DNA from: Thermoanaerobaculia bacterium
GTDB taxonomy: Bacteria; Acidobacteriota; Thermoanaerobaculia; Multivoradales; JAGPDF01
Assembly: GCA_963821905.1 (NCBI GenBank)
Contig: CAWGFP010000009.1
Coordinates: forward strand, 647,412-711,411
Direction of reading: 5' to 3'
DNA: 64,000 bases
In this document: positions 8,885 through 18,899 of the stretch, piece after piece
How the letters are laid out: every line of letters begins with the position of its first letter
How positions within the stretch are numbered: the stretch's first letter is position 1
The notes under the pieces: generated by a model
The model's database searches: none
What the model saw: only the letters and a program-made list of their open reading frames with translations
Told to the model about the DNA's origin: nothing
Position numbers and translations under genes: made by a program

Positions 8885-9921
8885 AGCGCCACCCAGTTCT
8901 TGCGGCTGTAGTGGAAGTTGAGGGTCTTGACGGTGAGCAGCACGGCGAACTCGGTGCGCAGGCGGCGCTCCGGTCCGACGGCGCGCAGGCGCAGCTCACG
9001 GCAGCGGCCAATCATGTCCTTGAGCACCTGCTCGAGAGTGAACTCGTACTCGCCCGTCCAGCGCGACACCAGGCGGCGGATCTCGGTGCGGTTGCGGTGC
9101 AGGAAGGTCGAAGCGAGCTCGTGCTCGCGATGGCGCCTCTCCTCCGAGAACAGGCGCTTCAGATCGCCGTCGTAGGTGTCGGGGTAGTGCACGCTGTACT
9201 GCTCGCGCTTGGCGGTGTAGTGCTGGCGCAGCGTGGTGCGCAACTCCGACAGCGGCTCGATCTGGCGGCGGCTGCGCAGCGCCTGCGGCTCGGAGCCGAT
9301 CTCCTTCATCAGCTCGTGAACGTACTCGAGCTTGCGCAGCGCCGGCCAGCCCTTGTACCGGCGCCGCCACTGCCCCTCGGGCTTGCGCAGCCAGACCGCG
9401 AAGGTTTCGGCGAAGTCCTCGACCGGGTGGCTCTGGGCGTAGAACAGCCGCAGGTGCTGGACGAAGTCACGACTCGAAGGATTGGGCCGGTAGACGTCCG
9501 GGTACCTGCGCGTCGCGCTGCCGAACTGCCGCTGCCAGCGCGCCCGCCGGTGCAGGCGATAGGCGTGCTGAAGGGCGTGCCCGCATTCGTGGCGGAAGAT
9601 CTGCAAGCACTCTTCGCGCGAGCCGCCCTCGACCTCGAGCATCATCGAGCGCTCGAGCCGCATCAGCCGAGGGTGGGCGAGGTAGAAAGGGACCGCGAAC
9701 CCCGGCACCCGGTCGGGCGAGAAGAACTCGGCCGACAGCCACATGTGAGGACGAAAGCGCAGCCCGCGACGCTCGAGCTCGTGGTAGAGCTCGTCCTGGC
9801 ACTGCTCGAGCCAGGTGCCCTCGATGCGCAGCCCGAGCTCGTTGAAACGCAGGTCGAGAATCTCGTCCTGCCGCCAACGGGCCCAGACGTGCTTTCTGGA
9901 GCGCTGGTTGCCGTTGGCCAT
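8881..9921 (-). CDS. Putative zinc metallopeptidase-like protein (HExxH)
   Basis: Intact 346 aa. HExxH lies within EECLQIFRHECGHALQHAY, with a later conserved-looking HPVEDFAETFAVWL. The C-terminal half is a helical basic region. It overlaps the ATP-grasp gene by 4 nt. Confidence 0.65.
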   Translation of the reverse strand: MANGNQRSRKHVWARWRQDEILDLRFNELGLRIEGTWLEQCQDELYHELERRGLRFRPHMWLSAEFFSPDRVPGFAVPFYLAHPRLMRLERSMMLEVEGGSREECLQIFRHECGHALQHAYRLHRRARWQRQFGSATRRYPDVYRPNPSSRDFVQHLRLFYAQSHPVEDFAETFAVWLRKPEGQWRRRYKGWPALRKLEYVHELMKEIGSEPQALRSRRQIEPLSELRTTLRQHYTAKREQYSVHYPDTYDGDLKRLFSEERRHREHELASTFLHRNRTEIRRLVSRWTGEYEFTLEQVLKDMIGRCRELRLRAVGPERRLRTEFAVLLTVKTLNFHYSRKNWVAL

Positions 9922-9948
9922 CGCGCCGGAATCGTACCCCGGTTGGGG

Positions 9949-12183
9949 TTACTCGATGACGGGCATTGGCCGGTCGACTCGCCACCAGCGGCGGCGGGTC
10001 GGGAGGGTGCCCTTGCGGTAGAGCTCCTGTCGAGATCCGGCGCGGTGGGGGCCGGTGAGCAGGCCGGTTTCGGTCTGGACCCAGCGGACGAGGAGCCCGT
10101 CCGGGCGCTCGACCACCAAGGGTGCGCGGGCCGGCGCGGCGGCGGCCATGAAGTCGTGCCAGATCGGGCCTGCTGCCTGGGCGCCAGTCAGGCCTAGCCT
10201 GCCGCCGCCGTCGAGGCCCACCCAGACTGCGGTGACCACCGATCCCGCCTGCCCGGCGAACCACGCGTCGCGCAGCTCCGAGCTCGAGCCGGTCTTCGCC
10301 GCGACATCGAAACCGGGAATCCCTCCGGCCGCCGCCGTGCCGCTCTCGACGGCGCTGCGCAGCAGGTCGCGCACGATGTAGGTCGATTCCTCGCTCGCCA
10401 CGCGGCGCGAGTCGGCGCCCCTTCGGTCGACGCCGCGGCCGCCCGAGGTTTCGATGCGGCGCACCGGGAATGGCTCGAGCACGCGGCCGAGGGTCGAGAA
10501 CACCGTGTAGGCGCTCGCAACCTGCAGAGGGTTCGATTCCACCGCGCCGAGCACGAAGGCGGGCGGCGGGTCGCGGGGCAGCGCGAAGCCGGCGCGGGCG
10601 AAGGTCTCGGCGGTCGAGTCGAAGCCGCACCAGCGGGCGATGCGCACCGAGGGCACGTTGCGCGACTCAGCGAGCGCCTCACGCAGCAGCACCGGGCCGT
10701 GGAACTGGCGATCGAAATTCTCCGGCCGCCAACTGCCCGACGGCAGGTCGATGGTCAGCGGCTCGTCGGCGATCCGGCTCGAAGCGGTGAGCGGATCGCG
10801 GCGGCCGCAGCGTTCGATCGCCTCGAGCGCAACGAAGGGTTTGACCACAGAGCCCGGCTGCCGCTTGGCGCTGCGTACACGATCGAAGCCCGGCGCGGCG
10901 GGGTCGCCCCCGACGTAGGCGAGCACCTCGCCGGTCTGGCCATCGAGGGCGACGAGCGCGGCCTGGAGCTCGGTGCGCTGACGAGGGTAGGACTTGCGCA
11001 GTGCCTCGAGCCGTGCGGCCACAGCTCGCTCGGCGAGCCGCTGCAGCCAGGGGTCGAGCGTCGTCTCGACCAGATAGCCACGCCCCGCTCCGCCTTCGGC
11101 GGAGACTTCTTGCGCCACCCAGGCGACGAACTGTGGGGCCCCCGGCGCGCGCGGTGGCGAGAGCTTGGGTCCGAGACCCTGCGCTTTGGCGCGCGCCGCC
11201 TCGTCCTTGCTCGCCCAGCCCAGCTCCGCCATGCGCGACAGCACCCAGTCGCGCCGGGTGCGCAGAGCCGATGCCGCGCCGGTGGGGGAGAGTCGATTCG
11301 GTCCCTGGATCATCGCCGCGAGCGCCGCTGCCTCGGCGAGCGAAAGGCTCGTCGCCGGCTTGGAGAAGTAGACCCGCGATGCGGTGCCGATACCGTGCAC
11401 CGCGAGGCCGTCCACGTGCCCGAGGTAAACCGAATTGAGGTAGGCCTGCAGGATCTCGCGCTTGTCGTAGGAGGCTTCGAGGGCGAGCGCCCGCATCGCC
11501 TCCGACGCCTTGCGTCCCAGTGTCCGCTCGGGCCCGAGGTCGCGGTTCTTGATCAGCTGCTGCGTGATCGTCGAGCCGCCCTGAGCCACGCGCCCAGCCA
11601 TGAGGTTGCGCAGCGCCGCCCGTGCCACGGCCCGCGGGTCGACGCCGGTGTGCTCGAAGAATCGCGCATCCTCTGCGGCGAGCACCGGCCGCCAGACACG
11701 CTCGGGTAGTGAGTCGAGCGCGATCCGTGTGCGCACCGCGCGTCGCTCGGCGAGAGATTCAGCCAGCACCTCCGGCTCGAGCCAGGCGTCGCCCGGCTCT
11801 CGAATCGGGCGCCGCGAGCCATCCTGGAGTCGGAGTCCGACCACCGTTCCGCCGCGCCCGAGGTCGAGCCCGAACAGCGCCGCCGGCCGGTCCGCGCCGA
11901 AGGCGTGACAGCTCCGCCGGTAGACCCAGAACACTTCGTTGCCGTGGAAGTACTCCCCCTCGGCGGCCGGCCGGTTGTGGACGCGGCGGTAGCCGAGGCG
12001 CTCGAGCCGCTCTGGCAGCGCCAGATCGGCGACCCGCGCTCCAGCGGGAATGACGAAGGGTGCGGCGTAGACCCGGCTCTCGTTGCGTCCCAGCTCGGTT
12101 TCCAGGTCGCCGCCGGACGCGGCCGATCCGGTGAGCATTGCGAAAAGAAGGACGCGCGAGGCGAGAGGAATCCGGCAGGCCAA
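9949..12183 (-). CDS. Class A penicillin-binding protein (bifunctional glycosyltransferase GT51 / transpeptidase)
   Basis: Intact 744 aa. Signal/anchor MACRIPLASRVLLFAMLTGSAASG. GT51 motifs EDARFFEHTGVD, GGSTITQQLIKN, RKASEAMRALALE. Transpeptidase motifs GSVVKP (SxxK), SRN, KTGS. Confidence 0.9.
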   Translation of the reverse strand: MACRIPLASRVLLFAMLTGSAASGGDLETELGRNESRVYAAPFVIPAGARVADLALPERLERLGYRRVHNRPAAEGEYFHGNEVFWVYRRSCHAFGADRPAALFGLDLGRGGTVVGLRLQDGSRRPIREPGDAWLEPEVLAESLAERRAVRTRIALDSLPERVWRPVLAAEDARFFEHTGVDPRAVARAALRNLMAGRVAQGGSTITQQLIKNRDLGPERTLGRKASEAMRALALEASYDKREILQAYLNSVYLGHVDGLAVHGIGTASRVYFSKPATSLSLAEAAALAAMIQGPNRLSPTGAASALRTRRDWVLSRMAELGWASKDEAARAKAQGLGPKLSPPRAPGAPQFVAWVAQEVSAEGGAGRGYLVETTLDPWLQRLAERAVAARLEALRKSYPRQRTELQAALVALDGQTGEVLAYVGGDPAAPGFDRVRSAKRQPGSVVKPFVALEAIERCGRRDPLTASSRIADEPLTIDLPSGSWRPENFDRQFHGPVLLREALAESRNVPSVRIARWCGFDSTAETFARAGFALPRDPPPAFVLGAVESNPLQVASAYTVFSTLGRVLEPFPVRRIETSGGRGVDRRGADSRRVASEESTYIVRDLLRSAVESGTAAAGGIPGFDVAAKTGSSSELRDAWFAGQAGSVVTAVWVGLDGGGRLGLTGAQAAGPIWHDFMAAAAPARAPLVVERPDGLLVRWVQTETGLLTGPHRAGSRQELYRKGTLPTRRRWWRVDRPMPVIE

Positions 12184-12282
12184 CAGAGGCGAACTCTATC
12201 CCGCTTCAGCCGGCCGGCGCCCTACTCCGGCTGATATCCTCGCGCCGCACTTCTACAGCCATTCGTCCCAGGAGGTTGCGGC

Positions 12283-14757
12283 CTGAACATCGGCACCACC
12301 GTCTCGCGCTACAAGATCGTCTCCAAGCTCGGTGGCGGTGGCATGGGCGTGGTCTACGAGGCCGAGGACACCGAGCTCGGCCGGCACGTGGCGCTGAAGT
12401 TCCTGCCCGGAGGAGACCGCGGCGAGCCCCGAGGCGCTGGAGCGCTTCAAGCGCGAGGCTCGGGCGGCCTCGGCGCTCAACCATCCGCACATCTGCACCG
12501 TCTACGACATCGGCGTGCACGACGGCCAGCCGTTTCCTGGTCATGGAGCGGCTGCAGGGCCGGACGCTGAAGTACGCGATCGGCGGCAAGCCGATGCCGA
12601 TCGACAAGGTGTTGACCCTGGGCGAGCAGATCGCCGATGCGCTCGACGCGGCGCACCGCGCCGGCATCGTGCACCGCGATCTCAAACCGGCGAACATCTT
12701 CGTCACCGAGCGCGGCGAGGCGAAGGTGCTCGACTTCGGGCTGGCGAAGATGGCGACCGGAGATGGCGTCGTCGCGCCGGCCGCGGACATGCCGACGGCG
12801 ACGAGCGAGTTTCTGACCGAAGCCGGGCACGACGCTCGGCACGGTGGCCTACATGTCGCCGGAGCAGGCGCGGGGCGAGGCGGTCGACGCGCGAAGCGAT
12901 CTCTTCTCGCTCGGCGTCGTGCTCTACGAGATGGCGACCGGCCGGCTGCCGTTCGAGGGCGAGAGCCCGGCGGAGATCTTCGCGGCGATCCTGAGGAGCG
13001 AGCCCGCCGCCGCCGAGCCGGCGGAACCCGCAGGTCCCGGTCGAAGCTCGACGAGATCGTGCTCGAAGCGCTCGAGAAGGACCCGGCGCATGCGGTTCCA
13101 GACCGCGGCCGATCTGAGAAGCGGCCTCAAGCGTCTGCAGCGCGACGTGGGGCTGGCCGGAGCTTCGGTTGCGATGCACGGTGCAAGCTCTGCGCAGAAG
13201 GTCGCCGGCAGCTCGCGGCGCGGGCTCTGGATCGGTATCGCCGCGGCCGCGGCGCTCGCGCTGGTCGGATTCCTGCTATGGCGAGGCTCCTCACCGCGCG
13301 CGCAAGCTCCGGACGCCGCGTCAGCGGTCGCGGTGGCCCCGGACCGTTCGATCGCCGTGCTGCCGTTCGTCAACATGAGCGCCGACCAGGAGCAGGAGTA
13401 CTTCTCGGACGGCATCTCGGAGGAGCTTCTGAATCTGCTGGCGAAGATCCCCGAGCTGCGGGTCGCAGCGCGCACGTCGTCGTTCTCGTTCAAGGGAAAG
13501 GAGGTCGAACTGCCGGAGATCGCCCGGCAGCTCAACGTGGCGCACGTCCTCGAGGGTTCGGTGAGAAAGTCGGGCGACCAGTTGCGGATCACGGCGCAGC
13601 TCATCCATGCTGCCGACGGCTACCACGTCTGGTCGGAGAGCTACGACCGCAAGCTCGACGACGTCTTCGCCATCCAGGACGAGATCGCCGCCGACGTGGT
13701 GAGGCAGCTCCGGGTCACGCTGCTCGGCGATGCGCCCAAGGCACGCAGGACCGACCCCGAGGCCTACGCGCTCTACCTCCAGGCCGTCGCTCTCTCGCGA
13801 GAGGTCAGCACTGCGGCGCTCGAGAAGTCCGACGCGCTCCTGCGCAGAGCGCTCGAGATCGACCCCCGCTACGCCCCTGCCTGGGACGAGCTGGCGAACA
13901 ACTTCTTCAACAAGGTGAGCCTGGGCCCGCTGTCCACCGAGGAGGGGTTGGCTCGCGCCCGGGAGGCGGCTAAGAGAGCGGTCGACATCGATCCTGAGTA
14001 CGGCCCGGCCCATTCCACCCTCGGCTTGCTCGCAACTGTGGAAGGCGACTTCGCCGGCGCCGCGGGGCACTGCGAGCGCGCGCTGGCGCTGGATCCGGCG
14101 GACACGAGCGTGCTGCGAGCCAGCGCCCGCTTGCTCCTGTCGCTCGGCCGGCCGAGCGAGGCCCTGGCCCTCCTGGAAACCACCCTCCGACGCGATCCGC
14201 TGAACTCGCGTGTCCATACCGCGCTCGGTCGCACACGGCTCAAGGCTGGCCATTTCGATGCCTCGATCGAGTCATACCGGACGGCACTGAGCCTGAGCCC
14301 TGGAATGTCCCAGGCGCGCTACCAGATCGGTGTGGCGCTGCTCTTTCAGGGAAAGGCGCTCGAGGCGCTCGCGGAGTTCGAGCAGGAATCGAGCGACATC
14401 TGGCGTCGCCTCGCCCTGTCGATGGCCTACCACGCGCTGGGCCGGAAAGCCGAGTCCGACGCCGCGCTCGCCGAGCTGATTGCGAACCACGAGAAGGACT
14501 GGGCGTACAACATCTCTTACGTCCGTGCCTTCCGCGGCGAAGCCGACGAGGCCTTCGAGTGGCTCGACAAGGCCGTCGAATACCGCGATGCGGGACTTGC
14601 CGAGATCGTGACGGAGCAGCTCTTCAGCAACCTCCACGCCGACGCGCGCTGGTTACCGTTTCTGCGCAAGATCGGCATGGCGCCGGAGCAGTTGGCGAAG
14701 ATTCCCTTCAAAGTGACGCTGCCAAGAACAGCCCAGCCAGAGACTCGCCCCGAATGA
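12283..14757 (+). pseudogene. Membrane Ser/Thr protein kinase with extracytoplasmic TolB-N-like module and TPR repeats; kinase domain frame-broken as assembled
   Basis: Kinase motifs are spread over three frames between about 12400 and 13100: [33 protein letters not shown]; [29 protein letters not shown]; FLVMERLQG...[30 protein letters not shown]; [14 protein letters not shown]. From about 13100 the gene is intact (ORF 12844..14757): [21 protein letters not shown], then [28 protein letters not shown]...[16 protein letters not shown], then TPR repeats. The start codon is unresolved (no ATG/GTG in frame near the AGGAGG at 12269-12274). Confidence 0.75.
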
Positions 14758-14826
14758 TCGGCACCACCAAGGTGACGTTGCCGCAGTAGACGATCCCACC
14801 GCGGGCGCCGGCCGCCGGCGCGCAGC

Positions 14827-14857
14827 TTGACAAGACGAGCTGTATCTAGTGTACTAG
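14827..14857 (+). promoter_or_regulatory. Putative sigma70-type -35 box plus palindromic operator upstream of the GntR gene
   Basis: TTGACA at 14827-14832. A 12-bp near-palindrome CTAGTgtACTAG at 14846-14857 sits where the -10 should be. An additional inverted pair is GTGTAC (14849-54) / GTACAC (14866-71). The start codon GTG is at 14886. This stretch is locally AT-richer than its surroundings. Confidence 0.4.
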
Positions 14858-14885
14858 TGCAGGTGGTACACATAGGAACGGGCTC

Positions 14886-15281
14886 GTGCTCGAGCTGACG
14901 ACCGGCGATCCGCGGCCGCTCTTCCGCCAGATCGTGGACGGTATCCGCCGCCAGGTGGCCACCGGCGAGCTCGCCGAGGGCAGCCGGCTGCCCAGCGTGC
15001 GCGCCCTCGCCATGCAGCTGACCATCAATCCGAACACGGTGGCCAAGGCCTACGCCGAGCTGACCACCGAAGGGCTCATCGAGTCGTCCAAGGGCGTCGG
15101 AGTCTTCATCTCGGCGCGGCGCCAGCGCCTCAGCGCCGCCGAGCGGCGGCGCCGGCTCGACGAGGCGATCGAACAGCTGGTGAGCGCGGTGCTGCCGCTG
15201 GGCTACGACGTCGAGGAGATCGTCGACCGCGTGCGTCGCGAGCTCGAACCCCTCACCTCCCATGACCTCGAGAAACGGTAG
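14886..15281 (+). CDS. GntR-family (YtrA-like, short) transcriptional regulator
   Basis: Intact 131 aa. Winged-HTH LFRQIVDGIRRQVATGELAEGSRLPSVRALAMQLTINPNTVAKAYAELTTEGLIESSKGVGVFI, with a short helical C-terminus typical of the YtrA subfamily. An ABC ATPase follows. Confidence 0.85.
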   Translation: MLELTTGDPRPLFRQIVDGIRRQVATGELAEGSRLPSVRALAMQLTINPNTVAKAYAELTTEGLIESSKGVGVFISARRQRLSAAERRRRLDEAIEQLVSAVLPLGYDVEEIVDRVRRELEPLTSHDLEKR

Positions 15282-15285
15282 AACC

Positions 15286-16197
15286 ATGTCCTCCGACTTC
15301 GCCGTTGAAACTCACAACCTCGTCCGCCGCTTCGGCGGACGTGTAGCCGTCGACGACGTGACGCTTTGCATTCCGCCGGGCGGTATCCACGCTCTGGTGG
15401 GCCGCAACGGCGCCGGGAAATCGACGCTCTATCGCTTGCTGCTCGGCTTCCTGGCGCCTTCGAGCGGCGGCTGCCGCGTGCTCGGCGTGGATTCCGCCGC
15501 CCTGCCGCCGGCGGTTCGCGGCCGCGTCGGCTGCGTATACGAGAGTCATCCGCTGCCCGGGTGGCTGCGCGTCGAGGAGCTGCGCAGGATGCAGAGTGCG
15601 CTTCATTCGGGTTGGAGCGAGCCGACGTTTCGCGAGATTGCGAGCCACTTCCAGCTGCCCGCCGAAAAGTTTGTCCGCCAGCTATCGCGCGGTGAACGCG
15701 CCGGCCTCGCGCTAGCCCTGGCGGTGGCGGCGAGCCCCGAGCTCCTGTTGCTCGACGAACCGACGCTCGGCCTGGACGTGGTGGCGAGCCGTGCCTTTCT
15801 CGAGTCTCTGCTCTTCGCCGGCGAGCGCGAGCTGGGCACCATCGTCTACAGCTCGCACCAGATGGCCGAGGTCGAGCGCGTCGCGGATCGGTTGATCGTC
15901 CTCGACCGTGGCGCAGTGGTGGCGCAGTCGGCCCCCGACGAGTTGCGTTCGAGGATCACGGCCTGGTCGATCGACGAATGGCCGGGCGAACGAGGACCGG
16001 CGGCGATTCCGGGTCTGCTGGAGGGCCGCAGGATCGACGGCCAATTCAACATCATCGTGATCGATCAAGGCGAGGACTTCCCGCAGTGGCTCGAGGCCGA
16101 GGGCGGCCGCGGCATCGCCCCGGTGCCGCTCGGCTTCGAGCGCGCGATGGATGCCTTTCTCCAGGGCCAGGGCGCCGGGGCCGGGAGGGCACGCTGA
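15286..16197 (+). CDS. ABC transporter ATP-binding protein
   Basis: The start MSSDFAVETHNL is at 15286 within ORF 15262..16197. Walker A GRNGAGKST, signature LSRGERAGLAL, Walker B LLLLDEPT, H-loop SSHQM. Confidence 0.9.
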   Translation: MSSDFAVETHNLVRRFGGRVAVDDVTLCIPPGGIHALVGRNGAGKSTLYRLLLGFLAPSSGGCRVLGVDSAALPPAVRGRVGCVYESHPLPGWLRVEELRRMQSALHSGWSEPTFREIASHFQLPAEKFVRQLSRGERAGLALALAVAASPELLLLDEPTLGLDVVASRAFLESLLFAGERELGTIVYSSHQMAEVERVADRLIVLDRGAVVAQSAPDELRSRITAWSIDEWPGERGPAAIPGLLEGRRIDGQFNIIVIDQGEDFPQWLEAEGGRGIAPVPLGFERAMDAFLQGQGAGAGRAR

Positions 16198-17999
16198 TGC
16201 GCAACCTTCTGGTGAGCGAGTGGCGCCGTTTCCGCACGCCGGCGCTGCTCGGGGCGGCGGTTCACGCGCTCGTCCTCGGCGTCCTGGCGATCGCGGACGA
16301 GCTCTTCCTGCCGTCGCAGTCGAACTTGCTGCTGGCCGGCCTCGCATACGCGCTCGGCGGGCTGCTGCTGGGGTTGTACCAGATCGCGTCGTACCGGCGC
16401 AGCGACCTGTGGATGTTCCTGTTGCACCGGCCACTCGCGCCGCGGAGCATCTTCGCGGCCCTCGCCGGAGCGGCGGCCGCGGTGCTGGCGCTGGCGGTGG
16501 CGGTGCCGCTCGCCTTGGCGGCAGGGCTCTGCGCGCTAGGTGACGTCGGCGTCGATCCTCGCCACTTCCTGCTAGCACCGTACGCCTGGCTCTGCGCGCT
16601 GGCGTTCTACCTCGGCGGCTGCGTGATGGCGTTGACGCCCTGGCGAGGTGCGTTTCTGGTTGGCACGCTGGCGGTCGTCGGCCTGGCTCCGGCGCGTCTT
16701 GGCGCCGGCGTGTTCGTGCCGCTCGTCCTGGCGGTGCTCTGGCTGGGCTTGCTCGCGGCGGGCAGCTTGCGCGCCGATCTCTTCTCCACGCCGAAGGACA
16801 AACTGGTGACCGGGGCCGCCGCTGTGCCGGTGCTCTACGTGCTGTTCCTGGCCCTGTCGTTCGGCCTGCTCTTCGTCTACTCGGCGAGCGTCGCCTTCGT
16901 CGAGGAGGGATGGCGGAGCTTTTCGGCCCACTCTTGGAACGACTACTTCCCGGCCGGCAGCTATCCGCGGACCGGTTACCTCGAGCCGCACGAGGCACTG
17001 TCGCACGGGCTTGAGATGACGCCCGGCGCCCGACCGCTCGCTGCGGCACTCGCTGGGGCCGAGGTCGTCGAGATTGCTCCGCGTCGGTTCCCAATCGCAA
17101 AGCGGCACCAGCCGCTGTTCCTCGATCGCGATTCGGTGATCGCCGAGCGCGCAGCGCCGCGGCGCTGGGTCTTCCGTCACGACCGGATGGCTTTCGCCGG
17201 GCGCGACCTGCGCCGCGAGCAGACAATCGGCTGGGCCGATGACGCGGGCCGGCCGTTCGCTGAAACGCCCTACGTTTCGGGCGACCGTGAGCTGGTGACA
17301 CCGCATGCGGTCTATCGATTCGATGCCGATCAGCGACGAACCAGCTTGCGTTACACGCTGCCGGCGGGGGAGCGATTCGCCGGTCCGCCGCTCGCGCATG
17401 GCGACTTCGACGTCTTCCTGAGCGACCGCGCTCTCCATTTGTTCTCGCCCGGCACCCTGATCGACGGCTCCGTTGCCGCCGTGCCGATCGCGGTCGTGCC
17501 ATTCGAGGGACAGATCGACAACCTCGACCGCGCATTGGTGGCGCGAAACGGCGACGGCTACCTGGTGTCGTACCTGTTCGGACGGCGCAGCGAGCGCGAT
17601 CTACGCCCGGCTCGCCAGAGCGTCATGCGGGTGTCGCCGGCCGGAGCGGTCGAGGTCCTGGTCGATGCGCCTCTGTCGCCGGGCCTGCCGGCGTGGGCGC
17701 GCCACCGCGGTTTTCTGGTCTCACCCGCGCTCCAGACTGTCGACGATCTCCTTCGCTCCACGCTCTACGGCGCAGGCGCGCGAACCGGCCGCCTCTCCGA
17801 ACTGGTGACGCATCCGCCGCCTGTCTCCATTTTCGGCGGAGCGATGCTCGTTGCTGTCGTCGCGGCGGCCGCAACCTGGCGGCTGAGCGCCAAATGCGAT
17901 CTCACACCCGCGTCGCGTCGCGCCTGGACCATCGCCGCGCTGTTTCTCGGCCTGCCTGTTCCGTTCGGTCTCTTACTGTTGACCTCCCGTTCTTCCTGA
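16197..17999 (+). CDS. Polytopic membrane protein (putative ABC-2-like permease partner) with a large unassigned soluble domain
   Basis: The ATG at 16197-16199 overlaps the upstream TGA (16195-16197). There are about 6 hydrophobic helices in the first ~230 aa (e.g. ALLGAAVHALVLGVLAI, LLLAGLAYALGGLLLGLY, VFVPLVLAVLWLGLLAAG). About 330 aa follow with no motif I recognise. Two terminal helices are IFGGAMLVAVVAAAATW and AWTIAALFLGLPVPFGLLLL. Confidence 0.6.
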   Translation: MRNLLVSEWRRFRTPALLGAAVHALVLGVLAIADELFLPSQSNLLLAGLAYALGGLLLGLYQIASYRRSDLWMFLLHRPLAPRSIFAALAGAAAAVLALAVAVPLALAAGLCALGDVGVDPRHFLLAPYAWLCALAFYLGGCVMALTPWRGAFLVGTLAVVGLAPARLGAGVFVPLVLAVLWLGLLAAGSLRADLFSTPKDKLVTGAAAVPVLYVLFLALSFGLLFVYSASVAFVEEGWRSFSAHSWNDYFPAGSYPRTGYLEPHEALSHGLEMTPGARPLAAALAGAEVVEIAPRRFPIAKRHQPLFLDRDSVIAERAAPRRWVFRHDRMAFAGRDLRREQTIGWADDAGRPFAETPYVSGDRELVTPHAVYRFDADQRRTSLRYTLPAGERFAGPPLAHGDFDVFLSDRALHLFSPGTLIDGSVAAVPIAVVPFEGQIDNLDRALVARNGDGYLVSYLFGRRSERDLRPARQSVMRVSPAGAVEVLVDAPLSPGLPAWARHRGFLVSPALQTVDDLLRSTLYGAGARTGRLSELVTHPPPVSIFGGAMLVAVVAAAATWRLSAKCDLTPASRRAWTIAALFLGLPVPFGLLLLTSRSS

Positions 18000-18018
18000 C
18001 CTTCCTGCGGAGTCACTC

Positions 18019-18894
18019 ATGCTGCAACTGCTGGACCTCCAGAAGACCTATCCCAACGGCGTCCGCGCCCTCGCCGGCGTCACGCTCGAAATCGGCAACG
18101 GACTCTTCGGCCTTCTGGGGCCGAACGGCGCCGGCAAGTCGACGCTCATGCGGACCATCGCCACGCTGCAGGCCCCGGATTCCGGCCGCGTGCTGCTGGA
18201 CGGCCGCGACGCGCACCTCGACGCGCAGGCACACCGGCGCCGCCTCGGCTACCTGCCGCAGGAGCACGGCGTGTACCCTGGCGTCTCGGCGACCGATCTG
18301 CTCGACCACTTGGCGATCCTCAAGGGCATCACCGACCGAAGCGCTCGCCGCGAACAGGTGGCGGCCCTGCTCGAGCGCACCAACCTGTGGGCGCACCGCA
18401 AGAAGGCGGTGTCGACTTTCTCTGGCGGCATGCGGCGCCGGTTCGGCATCGCGCAGGCGCTGCTCGGCAGTCCACGGCTGGTGATCGTCGACGAGCCCAC
18501 CGCCGGCCTCGACCCGGAGGAGCGCCGCCGTTTTCACGAGCTCCTGGCGGAGACCGGCGAACAGTTGATCGTGCTGCTCTCGACTCACATCGTCGCCGAC
18601 GTCGAGGAGCTCTGTCCGCGCATGGCAATCCTTTTCGATGGCCGCGTGCTGCTCGAGGGCGAGCCGTCGCCGCTCATCGCCAGTCTGCGCGGCCGGGTGT
18701 GGAGCAAGGTCGTCGAGCGGCAGGAGGTCGCCGGCTACCGCGCCGCGCACCGCGTGCTGACGACGCGGCTCCAGGCGGGACGCACCGAAGTCCTGGTGCT
18801 CGCCGACCAAAGGCCGGAGCCCGCCTTCGTGCCGGTCGAGCCCGATCTCGAGGACGTCTATTTCTCGGTCCTGCCGGGCCGGCGGGCGGCGTGA
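18019..18894 (+). CDS. ABC transporter ATP-binding protein
   Basis: Intact 291 aa. Walker A GPNGAGKST, signature FSGGMRRRFGIAQAL, Walker B LVIVDEPTAGLD, H-loop STHIV. Confidence 0.9.
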   Translation: MLQLLDLQKTYPNGVRALAGVTLEIGNGLFGLLGPNGAGKSTLMRTIATLQAPDSGRVLLDGRDAHLDAQAHRRRLGYLPQEHGVYPGVSATDLLDHLAILKGITDRSARREQVAALLERTNLWAHRKKAVSTFSGGMRRRFGIAQALLGSPRLVIVDEPTAGLDPEERRRFHELLAETGEQLIVLLSTHIVADVEELCPRMAILFDGRVLLEGEPSPLIASLRGRVWSKVVERQEVAGYRAAHRVLTTRLQAGRTEVLVLADQRPEPAFVPVEPDLEDVYFSVLPGRRAA

Positions 18895-18899
18895 CGTCG

